Shown here in pieces: positions 52,060-61,395 of a stretch of 64,000 nt of DNA. A program made the position numbers and the translations under genes. Position 1 is the stretch's first letter, and the number at the start of each line of letters is the position of its first letter. Where the stretch lies: the NCBI GenBank assembly GCA_964291265.2, contig OZ219747.1, forward strand, positions 2,528,001 through 2,592,000. Reading direction: 5' to 3'. The notes below the pieces were generated by a model. It was not told the origin of the DNA and searched no databases. It saw nothing but the letters and a program-made list of their open reading frames with translations. Source of the stretch: Alphaproteobacteria bacterium. GTDB lineage: Bacteria; Pseudomonadota; Alphaproteobacteria; SP197.

Positions 52060-53186
52060 ACGAGTTTACCAGCTCTTTCTCAGACGATAGTCAGCAAGAC
52101 CCAAACCAACCAAAATCAGCCATCACCGAACGGCCGAACGCTTACCCGCAGGGAAGTGGACGCACGGCACAGCCGACTGAAGGACGCCATCGAGGATCGA
52201 CACAGGAGCGAAGCCGACCTTGCGCAATTCAAACAGGACAATAATCTGAACAGGGAGGCTCATGAGACAGGAGGCTTGTTGAAATGGTTTGCCATCTGTG
52301 TCATCATCGTTCTTGTAGAATCGGTGATGAATGGGGTTTTCTTCGCCGATGCGAATGTCGCCGGGCTGGCGGGAGGCACGATGACCGCCTTGGCTATTTC
52401 AGTCATGAATGTCGGAGCAGCGAGCCTTGCTGGACACGCCTTCCGACAAAAAAATCATGTCAAGGTTTCGCGTCGACTTACAGGATGGCTTGCACTGATT
52501 GTCGCAACCGGTCTTGCGGCGTTCATCAATTTTCTGGTAGGACATTTTCGTGATTTGGCGTCCACGATTCCCTGGAGTGAGGCCGCCGGTGCGGCGTTTG
52601 GGCGCGTGGTCGCAGGGCACATTCAGATGCAAAGTCTGGATGCTTGGCTCCTGACCGGCTTCGGACTGCTGATTGCCGCCATCGCCGTCTGGAAAGCATA
52701 TGGGGCCCTCGATCCTTATCCCGGTTACAGTCGTGTATTGGATAACTTCACCAGGAGACGGAACGAGTGGCAGGATTTGAAGGAGGAAACACTCGATGTC
52801 TTGATCGAAACTCGGGACAAGGCGATCACCGATCTGAAGGACGAGTGCGACGTACGCCGGAACCGTTTCGACGCCGCTCAGAAAGCCTGGACGGGATTCC
52901 TTGACCTTATGAGCCGACGGCGCGATTTCCTGAAGGAGTGCGACAGGGCGGCCAGCAATCTTCTCACCGTTTATCGGGACGCCAACCGAAAGGCGCGCTC
53001 CACGCCGGAGCCGGGTTACTTTCGGCTACCGTTCGGTTTCTCCCCAGAAGAGGAACCTGTCAAGCCGCCGCCGCCAGGTCCAGCGAACCCGGACCCCACT
53101 GACCTTGTGAAGGAAGCGGTGGAGCGTATCCATCAGGCGTGCCAGAGCGCCATGGATGCAATCGGTGATGATCGGAATAACCGAGC

Positions 53187-54008
53187 ATGAGCTTTCGGTC
53201 TCGACAACGTCGACCGTTGCGCGGGCGGAGCCAGGCGCCGAATTGGGTATGGATCCTCGCTATGGCTGTGGCCATTGCCGTCGCAGTCGTTTTAGCCGTC
53301 CTTGTGCAGTCATTCAAGGAAGAGGAAGTTGACGAAAGGCTGTGCCCCAAGGCCTCCGGCCCGGTTTCAGGAATGGCGGTACTTCTGGACCTGACCGACA
53401 CGCTGCAACCGGTTCAATACCAGAGGCTCCGGGACCTTCTCGACGATAGGATCAGGGATGCAAGTCGGGGCGCCATTATCTCAGTTGGCGCAGTGCGTGC
53501 GGATGCCTCGGAGCGGAACGCCGATTTCGTGCTCTGTAAGCCGGCGACGGGCGAAAAGGCGAACGAGTTCTACCAGAATCCGCGCCTGATCGAAGAACGC
53601 TACCGGGAGGAGTTTCTGGTGCCATTCAAGACCATCGTTTCGGCGATGCTGAACAGCCCTGAAGCGGACCGTTCTCCGATCATGGAATCGTTGCAAGCGT
53701 TGCTTGTCTCGACGCCAGGCTTTGTCGATGCGACCTATCCCCGGCGCGTCATCGTCGTCTCCGACCTGATCCAGAACAGCGAGACGTTCAGCTTCTATCG
53801 CAGCGACACCTGGCAGCGGTTTGTCCGCTCACAGGATGCGGAGCGACTTGCGGGCCGCCTGCAAGGCGTCGTGGTCGAGATATGTCGTATTCCGCGGTCC
53901 GGCGCCAGGGTCGACAAGGCGGTAGTGGACGATTTCTGGGCCAACTATTTCGACAGAGCAGGCGCAAGCGATGTTCTCACGTCCACTTGCTCGCTCGGTG
54001 ATCTCTGA
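53187..54008 (+). CDS. Membrane-anchored VWA-like protein
   Basis: Basic N-term and one TM; VLLDLTDT (MIDAS-like), SPIMESL, VIVVSDLIQNS; ATGA overlap. Confidence 0.7.
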   Translation: MSFRSRQRRPLRGRSQAPNWVWILAMAVAIAVAVVLAVLVQSFKEEEVDERLCPKASGPVSGMAVLLDLTDTLQPVQYQRLRDLLDDRIRDASRGAIISVGAVRADASERNADFVLCKPATGEKANEFYQNPRLIEERYREEFLVPFKTIVSAMLNSPEADRSPIMESLQALLVSTPGFVDATYPRRVIVVSDLIQNSETFSFYRSDTWQRFVRSQDAERLAGRLQGVVVEICRIPRSGARVDKAVVDDFWANYFDRAGASDVLTSTCSLGDL

Positions 54009-54041
54009 AGTCGGCAGCATCTCCAAAGAGGGTCTTCTGTC

Positions 54042-55421
54042 ATGCGCATCGGCTGGGTATCCGTGAACAAGGTTGCCCTTCTGGTCGCCTTTGTTATCGG
54101 GATCTGTGGCGTTGCATTGTTGAAGTGGGAAGGCTATCCGATCCATTGGACTATCGGATGGCCGATCTGCACCATCATTCTTTACTGGCTGATCATGCTG
54201 GCCAGGAACGATAGTGGTGTTTACGAAATCATCGGAGACAATTGCTATTATCTCGGTTTTGTATTCACGCTTACGAGCTTGGCGGTCACACTTTATCTGC
54301 TTCACAGGATCGGCGATGTGGAGACACAGGACCAACTGCCGATCCGGGAGGTGATTTCAGGTTTCGGCGTCGCGTTGTCGTCCACGATCGTGGGCATCGT
54401 GCTGCGGGTGTTGATGCTTCGCATGACCCCCGATCTGGCGCAGCAGGAGGGCGAGACGCGCGTCGATCTCGACCTCGCGGTACGCGACTTCCGCACTCAT
54501 CTCAGCATGAGCATCGGCGAGTTGAAACGCTATTCGATCGAAACAAGCCAAGTGCTGGCGGAACAGCGAGACGCAATCCGGAAAACGCTGGTGCAGGACG
54601 TGGATACGCACCGCCAAGCCCTGGAGTCCGGCACAACGGCGATGACCCGTTTCTCGGAAGAGACCGAAAGCAGGCTGTCGGAGCATTGGGTGGCCCTGGA
54701 AGAAGGCGTGAGCCGAGACGCCAAGGCGTATCGTGAAGCTGCGCAGGAAAGCGTTTCGACCTTTCGCGAGGCCTTGGAGGGGATTGCGGATACCGTTTCG
54801 GAGCGGCACGGCTTGGTTCGGGAAGCGTTGCAACGCAGCGGTGACGAGTACCACCAGGCACTCGAAACCGGCACGGCCGACCTGCGCCGTGTCCTTGGTG
54901 AAGCGATGCAGGCGTTCGCGGATTACCGCGAGGAGGCGGACCGGCTGGCGAGCCTAAGCCGGCAGATTTTCGAACAGACGGGAAAGAGCGCTGAAGCTGC
55001 CCGTAGTGAACTGGAACGCATGAATGCGTTGACCGGAAGCATGGCCGCACTGTCGAGCGAAGGCCGTTCCCTCGATGCGGCGCTGTCCAGCGTTGTCGGC
55101 AAGCTAGCAGTGGTCGAGGACGGCATTGCAACGAAGCTCGAACCCGCCGTTACGCGCATAAGCGAGGGCGCGACCGCTATTTCCGCGGTGCTGGCGGAGT
55201 CTTCCGGAAAACTCAAATGGGCGGCGGAGCGCTTCGAGGTGGCGGCGGAACGCACGGCTGCGGCCGACATGCAAACGAATATCGCGGGCGCAGCCGAACG
55301 CATCGCCGACGCGGCGGGAAGGCTGGAAACGGCGAACACCGCGCTGTCCGGGGCCGTAGAGAAACTCTGCGCACTGGCGGAGAGAAGAGCGCGGGGCATC
55401 GGCAGTATCTTCAACCGCTAG
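54042..55421 (+). CDS. MotA/TolQ/ZorA-like membrane protein with long helical tail
   Basis: YYLGFVFTLTSL and GFGVALSSTIVG helices; about 330-aa helical tail with roughly 40-aa periodicity. Confidence 0.75.
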   Translation: MRIGWVSVNKVALLVAFVIGICGVALLKWEGYPIHWTIGWPICTIILYWLIMLARNDSGVYEIIGDNCYYLGFVFTLTSLAVTLYLLHRIGDVETQDQLPIREVISGFGVALSSTIVGIVLRVLMLRMTPDLAQQEGETRVDLDLAVRDFRTHLSMSIGELKRYSIETSQVLAEQRDAIRKTLVQDVDTHRQALESGTTAMTRFSEETESRLSEHWVALEEGVSRDAKAYREAAQESVSTFREALEGIADTVSERHGLVREALQRSGDEYHQALETGTADLRRVLGEAMQAFADYREEADRLASLSRQIFEQTGKSAEAARSELERMNALTGSMAALSSEGRSLDAALSSVVGKLAVVEDGIATKLEPAVTRISEGATAISAVLAESSGKLKWAAERFEVAAERTAAADMQTNIAGAAERIADAAGRLETANTALSGAVEKLCALAERRARGIGSIFNR

Positions 55422-55441
55422 TCGAAGCAAGGAGTAGAGCG

Positions 55442-57193
55442 GTGCGCAGGTATTTCCGCGAGGGGACTTCCGGCAGCCAGTACCGCCGAGGCGCGATCAT
55501 GGGACTGACGGTCGCCGAGGCGTTCATGCTCGTCGCTTTCGTGTTGCTGATGCTGCTCCTGTTCTGGCGCCATCAGGTACAGGATGACATCGAACTGGTA
55601 TCTGAGCTTTCGTCAGAGGACAGGCGTGCGCTGTCGGAAGGCGCGGTTCCGGTGCCAGAAGAACGCCTGACGGTGTTGCAGGTACAGGCCCGGCTGGTCG
55701 AGGACCCGGCGAGGCGTGAACTAGCAGAAGCGGCTGCGGCTCTGGAGCCGTACGAGTTGAGAAAGCTGACGGACCTGGCGCGCGACCCGGATGCGCTTTC
55801 AACGGATGCGGTCCCGGTGCCGGAAGAACGGCTGGCGGCATTGGAGGAACGGGCAGGGTTGGTGGAAGACCCGAAACGGCGTGCATTGGCGGAAACGGCT
55901 GCGACCCTGGAGCCGGACGCGTTGCAAAGGCTGACGGACCTGGCGCGCGACCCGGATGCGCTTTCAACGGATGCGGTCCCGGTGTCGCCGGAGCGTCTGG
56001 CGGCGTTGGAGGATCATGAGCAATGGGTCGAGGAGAACGGGGACGAGATCGCTGAAGCGCTGAATTTGCGTCGGGCACTCGATCCAGAGGGAGAAGACAG
56101 CAATGAGGTGTTGCTGGACCGGATTCGGGACTTGCTGACCAAGGAAAGCGACGGCGACAGTCGGCTTGCGGCAGTCAAGGACCGGCTTGCCGAAGACGCG
56201 GCGGCGCGCGGAGAATTCATCGACAATCTGAAACGCGAACTTGCGGCGGACGTGGGGAAGGCGGGCGGCCAGATCGATCCGTCCGGCCGGGTCGTGTTTC
56301 CCGAGACAGTGGTTTTCGAGACCGGCAGTGCCGTTATTCCACTGAGTTTCAAGGCTGTGCTGGATGACATCTGCCCCCGATGGCTGGCGGAGCTCAGGGA
56401 CTCGGCGGATCGGTTCGATATTGCCGAGATCCGCATCGAGGGCCATTCTTCGCCGGAATGGGCCAGTGCGCAAACGAAACGGGACGCATGGGTGGCGAAT
56501 CTCGGCCTGTCGCAGCGCCGGGCGCAATCGGTGCTGGCGCACTGCCTGGATCATGCGGCAGGAACGCCGCTCGGTGAGTGGGCGCGCGGCAAGCTCACGG
56601 CGGTCGGTTACTCGTCGTCCAGACCCGTAACGGTGGACGGAAAGGAAGATCCTGGCGCATCGCGGCGCGTCGTGCTCGGCCATGAATTCAACCGGGACAG
56701 GCTGATCGCTGATCTCGGAGACGTCGGGCGGATGGAAACCGGTAGCGGCGCGACCCGGCCCCTCGGCGGCAAGGCCCTCGTCATCGACGCTGACACGATA
56801 AAGATCGGGGAGGCCGCGACCCGGATCCGGCTTGACGGCATTGACGCGCCTGAACTCCAACAGACCTGTATCGCGGCGGACGGGTCCGAATGGCCCTGCG
56901 GCCGAGAGGCGGGCCGGGCACTGGAAGCGCACATTGCTGGCCGCAATGTGGTCTGCGAGCGCCTGCGTCCCGGTCTGATGCGGCTCTGGGGCGTGTGTCG
57001 GATCGACGGCGAGGAAGTCGAGTTGAATCGTTGGGTGGTGGAGGCGGGGTGGGCCTTCGCGTTCGTCGAGTTCTCAAGGGACTATGCCGGCGATGAAGCC
57101 ACCGCCCGCATGGCGCATCGGGGAATCTGGTCCGGTCAGGTGCCCGTACCACCTTGGGAGTGGCGGCGGAATCGGAAACGCGCCGCGCCGTGA
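55442..57193 (+). CDS. MotB/ZorB-like OmpA-domain protein fused to a thermonuclease (SNase) domain
   Basis: TM GLTVAEAFMLVAFVLLMLLLFW; OmpA FETGSA, IRIEGHSS, NLGLSQRRAQSV, GYSSSRP, SRRV; SNase VIDADTI, RIRLDGIDAPE, WVVEAGWA, RGIWSG, PWEWR. Confidence 0.85.
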   Translation: MRRYFREGTSGSQYRRGAIMGLTVAEAFMLVAFVLLMLLLFWRHQVQDDIELVSELSSEDRRALSEGAVPVPEERLTVLQVQARLVEDPARRELAEAAAALEPYELRKLTDLARDPDALSTDAVPVPEERLAALEERAGLVEDPKRRALAETAATLEPDALQRLTDLARDPDALSTDAVPVSPERLAALEDHEQWVEENGDEIAEALNLRRALDPEGEDSNEVLLDRIRDLLTKESDGDSRLAAVKDRLAEDAAARGEFIDNLKRELAADVGKAGGQIDPSGRVVFPETVVFETGSAVIPLSFKAVLDDICPRWLAELRDSADRFDIAEIRIEGHSSPEWASAQTKRDAWVANLGLSQRRAQSVLAHCLDHAAGTPLGEWARGKLTAVGYSSSRPVTVDGKEDPGASRRVVLGHEFNRDRLIADLGDVGRMETGSGATRPLGGKALVIDADTIKIGEAATRIRLDGIDAPELQQTCIAADGSEWPCGREAGRALEAHIAGRNVVCERLRPGLMRLWGVCRIDGEEVELNRWVVEAGWAFAFVEFSRDYAGDEATARMAHRGIWSGQVPVPPWEWRRNRKRAAP

Positions 57194-57379
57194 TAGTCCG
57201 TGCCTTCTCCATCGTCGCGCGCGAGGATGAGGAGGCGTGTGGGGCCGGCACCGCTCTGCGGAGCCTCTGCCTTGCGCTGCCATGTCATGATGAATTCAGA
57301 CATCCTGACCTCTTCCATCGCCATCTGCGGGATGAGTGGTGATGAGCAACACTTGGCGGCCGCTGTCCAGGAAACGGCG

Positions 57380-57495
57380 GATCCGGCGGCAGCACCGGAA
57401 ACGCCGCCTTGGGCGAGGTGTGACGGGCCGTCCGGGGTCGTGGGAACGCTGCAAAGGCGCAAGCATGGACCACCAGGGAACCTGGGAGACCCGGT
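57380..57495 (+). other. Possible group II intron domain I remnant
   Basis: ccggggtc...gcatg...gggaacctgggagaccc resembles conserved domain I blocks; no domain V found nearby. Confidence 0.35.
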
Positions 57496-57559
57496 TTGTC
57501 GACGTGGGTGATGACTAGAGAAGGGAAGGCCAGTACTGAACAATCCAGACCCTGGCCCG

Positions 57560-58098
57560 GTCCCGGGCCTGCACGGTGCCGGGTGTGTTTGGTGAGCGCG
57601 TACAAAAGCGCAGGATGCACGTGGTACCGAACGTTGCGGTGATCACGCGACGCCGTGTCGAGCGCCTGACACGTACCAGCAGACCTGCCCCGTGCTCAGT
57701 GCTCCGGGCCAGCAGGTCCCGGATGTCGCCTTCACGGTCACAGATCACCAGCACCCTTGTCGAGGGACAGGCAGCGGCCAGTTTCACGGCCTTGTCGTAC
57801 CCGTCGAGCCAGCGTCAGCTCTCCTTGTGTAAGCGTTCGGCCAAGGGGTGACGAAATGAGGGTGACGGTGGCAACTGCGCATGGCTCAGGGACTCGCCTG
57901 AATTCGCTCAGTGCTGTCATCGACCCAATCACCGCTGGACCGAACGCTTACCTCCTTGTCGTCCGCCTTCGTCCTTCTTCTGATCCAACACCCGAGACGG
58001 AAGTCGGCGTCGAGATGGAACAGTCCGAGGGATGAGCCGCTTTCGGTGAAGGTAATCCCGGCATGGGCCGCCATGCCAAGGGCGCCCGAGCCGCCGCC
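57560..58098 (-). pseudogene. IS4 transposase remnant
   Basis: GMAAHAGITF, CPSTRVLVICDREGD, GLLVRV; resembles 32800-33200. Confidence 0.7.
57829..57951. mobile_element. IS66-derived MITE (123 bp)
   Basis: GTAAGCGTTCGG...CCGAACGCTTAC; 8-bp TSD CTCCTTGT at 57821-57828 and 57952-57959. Confidence 0.88.
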
Positions 58099-58222
58099 GC
58101 AAGCATTGGTTCAAAGGGTTATGATGATGAAAATCACAGTGACAACTACGTATGCCCCGGGACTCGCCTGCATTCGGCTCCGCGCTGTCATCGCCCCAAT
58201 CACCGCTGGACCGAACGCTTAC
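58099..58222. mobile_element. Degenerate second IS66 MITE
   Basis: Colinear with 57829-57951; right IR intact, left IR and TSD decayed. Confidence 0.7.
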
Positions 58223-58228
58223 CCCCCA

Positions 58229-59686
58229 CTAGCTGGCCACTTTTAATCCGCCTTTCCTACCAAGGCGGTACCCGACCCTGAAGACATCCGGGATGTTGAC
58301 ACGGCCGTCGCGCATGCGAAGGAAAATTCCCAAAGATTCAAGGTCCAGACGAACACCCGGGGCCCGTTCACGAATATGTTTAGGCGGTAGTTTCAACGCA
58401 TTCTGTTCCACGTCTTCGGCAAGGTGGTCGAGAACGCGATTGTCGCTCCACCGCGCCTCAATCTCTTCGAATCTGCAAGGCACTGTCAAGCCGACAAGGC
58501 TCTTCAGAACCTCATCCACCCAAGGATAATCTTCTTTGACCTCCGCCACCTGAATCTCAGATGCCACCTGCACCCCGCGCTTAATGCTCTCATAGTGGAG
58601 AGTGTACTTATGCTCCGGATAACGCTCCGCCGTGTCCTCCGCAGCTGTGCGCAGTGCTCGAAGAAATGAACGCGGACTTACCCTTCCTGCAGTATCTCCA
58701 AGATGGCTAGAAATCCAAGTATAGGGAAAACCTCTTCTCCTATTTCGGCCCATGAAAGGACCGGATATGTCATGGAATTTCTCTCTTTGAACGTCGACAT
58801 TCGAAATCAGGCGTCGGGACACTTGGAACAGTTTTTTATCCCCAACGTCGATGGAGCCCAAGTTCCCACATCCGACAAACTTGCGAAACTCCTCTGCGTG
58901 GTTCCCATTGACGAGGCTATGCCAGAAAAGACCATACAGCTCAGAAGTCGGCCAACTCAATTCAACAGAGGAGGAAAGGATCTTTGACGCGTCCGGAAAA
59001 TTGGCGATCTGGGTTTCGTCGACCTGATCGGGTCGCAAGAACATCTTGACACGGAGCCGACGGTAGAATCGCATATCAAGCGCCGTCTGCATCAAACCAC
59101 GAATTAGCCGATACATATCCTCCCAATCGTCCGAGCAGCGGTCCAGGGCATCGAACAGAAACAAAAAATGGGTGTTTTTATCGTTAAATTCGTTATCGCG
59201 TTCAAGGAAGAGGTTTGCAATCTCTTCCGGTTCCTGATCGACATAGTTCAGGCGTGCTTCCCAGGACTCCTGGTCCCGGATTGGGTGGTCGGTGCTAGCG
59301 AGCTGCCAAGCCTGTACCGTACGCCAGATGGTCCTTGGCTCCGCCCTAGCATGCAAGAGCCGCCTGATTACATCCTTGCCCGGATAACCATCCGGTGCTG
59401 GTCTGACACCGAATCCTGTCCGCACCTCGGTATCTTCGCTCAGCATTGATCCACGGCTGGTTTGATAGACAAGATGACGAATTTTCCGTTCCTGAAGTGC
59501 GGTCCACCAGAATGTTTTGCCGGCACCGCGCATACCGGTGACAAGCATGTTGTCCGGGTTCATCGCCTTCACATGAGATGGGGGAAGGTACACATGGGCG
59601 ATGTCGGGGTATTCGGCATGACTTGTCTCTTCCGGCAACTGGGCTAGCGCAGTTCGCGCTCCTTCAACATTGATCAGTCCGCTCAC
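58229..59686 (-). CDS. P-loop NTPase (STAND-like)
   Basis: TGMRGAGKT, FLFDALD, MFLRPD, VSPRSFL, NIPDVFRVG; lower GC than flanks. Confidence 0.8.
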   Translation of the reverse strand: MSGLINVEGARTALAQLPEETSHAEYPDIAHVYLPPSHVKAMNPDNMLVTGMRGAGKTFWWTALQERKIRHLVYQTSRGSMLSEDTEVRTGFGVRPAPDGYPGKDVIRRLLHARAEPRTIWRTVQAWQLASTDHPIRDQESWEARLNYVDQEPEEIANLFLERDNEFNDKNTHFLFLFDALDRCSDDWEDMYRLIRGLMQTALDMRFYRRLRVKMFLRPDQVDETQIANFPDASKILSSSVELSWPTSELYGLFWHSLVNGNHAEEFRKFVGCGNLGSIDVGDKKLFQVSRRLISNVDVQREKFHDISGPFMGRNRRRGFPYTWISSHLGDTAGRVSPRSFLRALRTAAEDTAERYPEHKYTLHYESIKRGVQVASEIQVAEVKEDYPWVDEVLKSLVGLTVPCRFEEIEARWSDNRVLDHLAEDVEQNALKLPPKHIRERAPGVRLDLESLGIFLRMRDGRVNIPDVFRVGYRLGRKGGLKVAS

Positions 59687-60984
59687 ACCTGACTCCCTTC
59701 ACCGCCAGCATTAACACGTTGGTCAAACGACTTCAGGAATCTTCCATACGCAGAGTTAACGGTTTCCTCGTCAAGGTCTTGAAGCAATGAGCCCGCTGCG
59801 AAGCCAAGAGTCCAAGCTATTTCCAAAGGATCGTGGGGCGCGTTTTCTTCGTACAAATCAAACGAAAACTCACTGATTGAGTCGTTTGTTGGATTCACTT
59901 CGTCATAGAGATGGTCCCGAAATAGATCCCATGACCGCGTTCGGAACCCCTCAACATACTCTTCCCTATTGGGTGCAGGTGTCAGTGCTGATACGACCCA
60001 CACTCGCTCCCTGATGCGTTCCGCCAGGTTTCTCTCGCGCCAGTGGCGGAACAAAATCCCATAGTCCGTCCAAGTGCTTTCCGAATCGGTAGCGAATAAC
60101 AACGCTTGCGCTCGCAAGTCGGTAACAGATGCCGCCGCGATGTCGTGCAGGCCATTGCGGCTCTCCAGCAACACCACCGTTGGCTTGAAGACAGTTTCCA
60201 AATTGACCAGGACGCGTTCGAGGCGGTCCGTCCACGGTTCGTGCACCTTGTCCATGTACACACGCCCTAGCTTAGCCAAATACTCCCCAGGATCGTGGCC
60301 GTGCGCGGGCACAACGCGGACATCGCCATCGAAGTTCTGAGCCCAGGACGGAGTAGCAAGCATATCTTCAATTATCCGATTTCCTTGCCCAACAAGATCC
60401 TCGACGAACCAGTCGGTCAAGCCGAACTTCGGCCACCGTTCTTTCTCCAGCATCGCTGAGGAAAGACCGGGTGATTCAAGATCCATGTCAACTGCCAGCA
60501 CTCGTTCCCCCTTGCGTGCAAGGTGCCACGCAAGCACTGCGGCTGTCGTGCTGCGTCCCATACCACCCTTGACGGAATAGAGGGTGACACGTACGGACCC
60601 GGAGTCTTCCGCGGGGTCTCCAACGGTCCACCAGCCACGCCCCGTCACCAGACGGTCGACTAGGAACACGCCCGAACTGATCTCCTGAGCCGTATCGTCT
60701 AGACTCCTCAGCAACGCATCACCGATGAACAGTACGCCCTCTTTCTCAGGGTAGCCACGAACACCTAAAGCCTTGTTTAGAGAGATGGCAAGCCGCTCCA
60801 GCGCGTTACGCACAACCAGATTTTCCTCGAGTGTATCCGATGCCGATATGCGCACCTTACCGAGCAAGTCACGCACCAGATAGAGGTGATCGATCCCGTC
60901 AGGGACGCCCCCCTCTCCCAAATCTGCGATCGCGTTTTTGACGCGGCTCCGCATGTCGTCGAAAGGGATGAAGTCGTCTCTCAC
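59683..60984 (-). CDS. ParA/MinD-like ATPase (KGGxGR variant)
   Basis: YSVKGGMGRST, AVDMDLESPGL, LLESRNG; overlaps the next gene. Confidence 0.85.
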   Translation of the reverse strand: MRDDFIPFDDMRSRVKNAIADLGEGGVPDGIDHLYLVRDLLGKVRISASDTLEENLVVRNALERLAISLNKALGVRGYPEKEGVLFIGDALLRSLDDTAQEISSGVFLVDRLVTGRGWWTVGDPAEDSGSVRVTLYSVKGGMGRSTTAAVLAWHLARKGERVLAVDMDLESPGLSSAMLEKERWPKFGLTDWFVEDLVGQGNRIIEDMLATPSWAQNFDGDVRVVPAHGHDPGEYLAKLGRVYMDKVHEPWTDRLERVLVNLETVFKPTVVLLESRNGLHDIAAASVTDLRAQALLFATDSESTWTDYGILFRHWRERNLAERIRERVWVVSALTPAPNREEYVEGFRTRSWDLFRDHLYDEVNPTNDSISEFSFDLYEENAPHDPLEIAWTLGFAAGSLLQDLDEETVNSAYGRFLKSFDQRVNAGGEGSQV

Positions 60985-61034
60985 GGCTTGCCCCCCTGGA
61001 TCGCGGACTTAAGCATAGCACGAGCTGCCCAGGC
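60981..61034 (-). pseudogene. 3' stub of a gene coupled to the ParA-like gene, cut by IS66
   Basis: AWAARAMLKSAIQGGKP* whose stop overlaps the GTG start at 60984. Confidence 0.4.
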
Positions 61035-61387
61035 GTAAGCGTTCGGCCACGCGGTGATTGTTGGTGATATTCACCGGTTGAGGATGCGTTTGGGAGGCGC
61101 ACCACGTGGCGGTTCGCTGTTGGGTCCGAAGACGATGGGTCCGGGTCGGGTTGCTCGTCGTTGGGGTGGCGGCAGGGTGATGAGGCCGTCGCGGTGCATG
61201 GCCAGAAAGGCGACATTCGCCATCATGTTCTTGAGGCCGCCGTCGGGCTTGTATCAGCCGGTCTCGCGGCAGAAGGCGCGGGCGATGGCCGCACGGGTGG
61301 GGTGCTGGGTGGTCAGGGAGCGCAACAGCGCTATCTCGTGCGCGGTGAAGTCACGGCCGTCGTAACGGCACTCGATCACCCCGGTTC
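61035..61387 (-). mobile_element. End of a second copy of the 49263 IS66
   Basis: Near-identical to about 49263-49615, then replaced by another element. Confidence 0.9.
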
Positions 61388-61395
61388 GTAACTAC

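Larger units (their letters stand above)
49263..52145 (-). mobile_element. IS66-family element
   Basis: IRs GTAAGCGTTCGGCC / GGCCGAACGCTTAC; 8-bp TSD CCGCAGGG at 49255-49262 and 52146-52153. Confidence 0.94.
48935..53190 (+). pseudogene. Multi-pass membrane/coiled-coil protein (454 aa when joined), interrupted by IS66
   Basis: 48935-49262 plus 52154-53190 join in frame (DFRREVDAR); four hydrophobic segments between helical regions; first gene of the operon. Confidence 0.8.

Noticed and set aside
54042-57193. Flagellar motAB, tolQR or canonical Zorya
   Set aside because: No flagellar, tol or zorC/D/E neighbours; long tail, TM Glu and SNase fusion do not fit, so no gene symbols were assigned
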